From Gammaproteobacteria bacterium (lineage in GTDB: Bacteria > Pseudomonadota > Gammaproteobacteria > Pseudomonadales > JADFDG01), in assembly GCA_046566765.1 (NCBI GenBank), contig JBKHWA010000009.1, forward strand, positions 1 to 48,721: a DNA stretch of 48,721 nt, written 5' to 3'. Every line of letters begins with the position of its first letter. Position 1 is the stretch's first letter. Under the pieces are notes generated by a model. The model made no database searches. It was not told the DNA's origin and worked only from the letters and a program-made list of their open reading frames with translations. Shown piece by piece: positions 47,306 to 48,721 of this stretch. The position numbers were made by a program, and so were the translations under genes.

Positions 47306-47977
47306 ATGCAGCTCGATCGTTTCATGCCCTTCGTCAATGCCCCGCCGGCCGAGCTGGCGGCCCTGTCATCGAGCCTGCCGAGGCTCCGGCGGCCGGCCGG
47401 TACCGTGATCTACCAGCGGGGTGATGCGGTGGGTGGCGTCTATTTCGTCGAGGCGGGCCTGGTGGCGTTCTCGCGCCTTTCCCGGGACGGGCGCCGGGTG
47501 ACGCTGGCCTACGCCCCGCCAGGCTTGCATTTCGGGGAGGTCGAACTGTTGTCGGGTACGCCGAGGGACACCGATGCCGTCGTCGTCGTCGACTGCCGGC
47601 TGCGCGTGCTGCTGCCGGAACGTTTCCACGCGTTGTTCGAGGGTAGCCCCTGGTTTGCGCGCAACCTCTGCCGGTTCAGCAACCGCATCCGGCAGTGGCA
47701 GTCCGACAGCCGGGGCAACGACCTGCTTTCGCCGTTGCCGGTGCGCCTGGCGCGCACCTTGATCGAGTTGCTGCAGTACCGGCGCGAACCGTCTGGTGCC
47801 TTGCGACTGTCCCAGGACGAACTGGCGAGTACGGTGGGCAGTTCCCGGCAATCGGTGAACCGCCACCTGCGAAGCTGGCAGCAAGCCGGCTGGCTGCGGA
47901 TCGGCTACGGCGAGATCCGGGTGCAGGACCTGGAAGCGCTGGTCGTGCTGGCGCGCCTGACGCCTAATGATTGTTAG
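47306..47977 (+). CDS. Crp/Fnr-family transcriptional regulator
   Basis: IYQRGD..YFVEAG, HFGEVELL..PR, C-terminal HTH LSQDELASTVGSSRQSVNRHL..W. Confidence 0.9.
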   Translation: MQLDRFMPFVNAPPAELAALSSSLPRLRRPAGTVIYQRGDAVGGVYFVEAGLVAFSRLSRDGRRVTLAYAPPGLHFGEVELLSGTPRDTDAVVVVDCRLRVLLPERFHALFEGSPWFARNLCRFSNRIRQWQSDSRGNDLLSPLPVRLARTLIELLQYRREPSGALRLSQDELASTVGSSRQSVNRHLRSWQQAGWLRIGYGEIRVQDLEALVVLARLTPNDC

Positions 47978-47994
47978 AGTTTTCAGGCAAGGGC

Positions 47995-48029
47995 TTGCCG
48001 AACCCGGAGTGACACTATAGTATCACTCC
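47995..48029 (+). promoter_or_regulatory. TA promoter (TTGCCG-17-TAGTAT) with overlapping 24-bp palindromic operator
   Basis: -35 at 47995-48000, -10 at 48018-48023; GGAGTGACACTA|TAGTATCACTCC (48006-48029, one mismatch). Confidence 0.68.
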
Positions 48030-48287
48030 ATGCGTACTGAACTCGTTACTACCCTTAAGCGGCAAGCAACCGAACTTCTCTCGGATCTTGAGAGGGATAA
48101 GGAGCCCATCCTTATTACCCAGCACGGTCTGCCGAGCGCCTATCTTGTTGATGTGGAAAGCTATGAGCTTCTACAGCAGCGCATGACTGTGCTTGAGGGT
48201 ATTGCCCGAGGCGAAATGGCCGTCGCTGAGGGCCGGGTTGTCGCGCACGCCCAAGCCAAGGCCCGCATGGCCCGATGGCTCAAGTAA
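48030..48287 (+). CDS. Phd/YefM-family antitoxin
   Basis: VTTLKRQATELL..EPILITQHGLPSAYLVDVESYE; overlaps the downstream toxin. Confidence 0.9.
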   Translation: MRTELVTTLKRQATELLSDLERDKEPILITQHGLPSAYLVDVESYELLQQRMTVLEGIARGEMAVAEGRVVAHAQAKARMARWLK

Positions 48288-48580
48288 TCTGGACCGAGCC
48301 AGCTCTTAGCGACCTGGACGCCATCGCTGACTACATCGCCATCGAGAACCCGGTGGCGGCCGCTGAGTTGGTGCAGAGGGTGTTCGGGCATGTGGAGCAA
48401 CTGGAGGCGCATCCGGAGAGCGGCGGCAAGCCGCCAGAATACAAGCGCTCCCGCTATCGCCAAATCGTTGAGCCCCCCTGCAGAGTTTTCTACCGTTATG
48501 ACGGTGAGAAGGTCTTCGTGCTCTTTGTCATGCGCTCTGAGCAGCTCTTGCGCAAAGGCCAACTCACTTCGCGTGAATGA
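48275..48580 (+). CDS. RelE/ParE-family toxin
   Basis: VIWTEPALSDLDAIADYIA.ENP.AA, HPESG, YRQIVEPPCRVFYR. Confidence 0.9.
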   Translation: MAQVIWTEPALSDLDAIADYIAIENPVAAAELVQRVFGHVEQLEAHPESGGKPPEYKRSRYRQIVEPPCRVFYRYDGEKVFVLFVMRSEQLLRKGQLTSRE

Positions 48581-48594
48581 GCGGAAAACTCTAA

Positions 48595-48721
48595 GGAGCC
48601 TCTGAAAAACTCTCTCGTTTTGCCATAATTGTCGCGTCCTATCCAGAGGCCGCTCTCATGTCGCAGTTGACCTTCGCCGAAGCCGAGTTTGAACACAAGA
48701 AGCGCAAGACGAAGCGCGAGT
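48595..48721 (+). mobile_element. Left end of an IS5-family (IS5 subgroup) insertion sequence
   Basis: CTAA (YTAR-type target) at 48591-48594, IR-like GGAGCCTCTGAAAAAC, transposase start at 48658. Confidence 0.8.
48658..48721 (+). CDS. IS5-family transposase, N-terminus only (truncated by window edge)
   Basis: MSQLTFAEAEFEHKKRKTKRE matches the typical IS5 start M.Q.TF.D.EY..KR..TRRE; GAGG SD upstream. Confidence 0.82.
   Translation, partial: MSQLTFAEAEFEHKKRKTKRE

Larger units (their letters stand above)
47973..48594 (+). mobile_element. Candidate integron-type gene cassette carrying the TA pair (attC interrupted by IS)
   Basis: Left end GTTAGAGTTTTC (47973-47984); right end GAAAACTCTAA (48584-48594), its reverse complement minus the final C, starting 4 nt after the toxin stop; AT-richer codon use than flanks. 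Confidence 0.55.

Overview
High-GC gammaproteobacterial chromosome segment. Most of it is conserved core synteny: queA(3' part)-tgt-yajC-secD-secF, ybaL, suhB<>trmJ-cysE-iscR-iscS, ndk-rlmN-pilF-rodZ-ispG-hisS-yfgM-bamB-der, and xseA<>guaB-guaA-tadA. There are three departures from this backbone. (1) Between iscS and ndk the usual iscU-iscA-hscBA-fdx genes are absent. In their place are an AraC-linked SDR/Baeyer-Villiger monooxygenase/patatin cluster, an MpaB/Lcp-like oxygenase, and an opposite-strand sufBCDS-sufA-sufT-sufE operon with its own IscR-like box. (2) A TonB-dependent receptor + periplasmic binding-like protein + hybrid histidine kinase trio follows der. (3) After tadA there is an accessory end: a REP doublet; a three-glycosidase operon (endoglycoceramidase-like GH5, cellulase-like clan GH-A protein, divergent GH29) next to a Crp-family regulator and a TGTCA-N6-TGACA box; and a Phd/ParE toxin-antitoxin unit bounded by complementary integron-cassette-like core sites, whose right site is interrupted by an IS5-family element at the window edge. 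No rRNA, tRNA or CRISPR array was seen. All calls come from motif recognition by eye; no searches were run.
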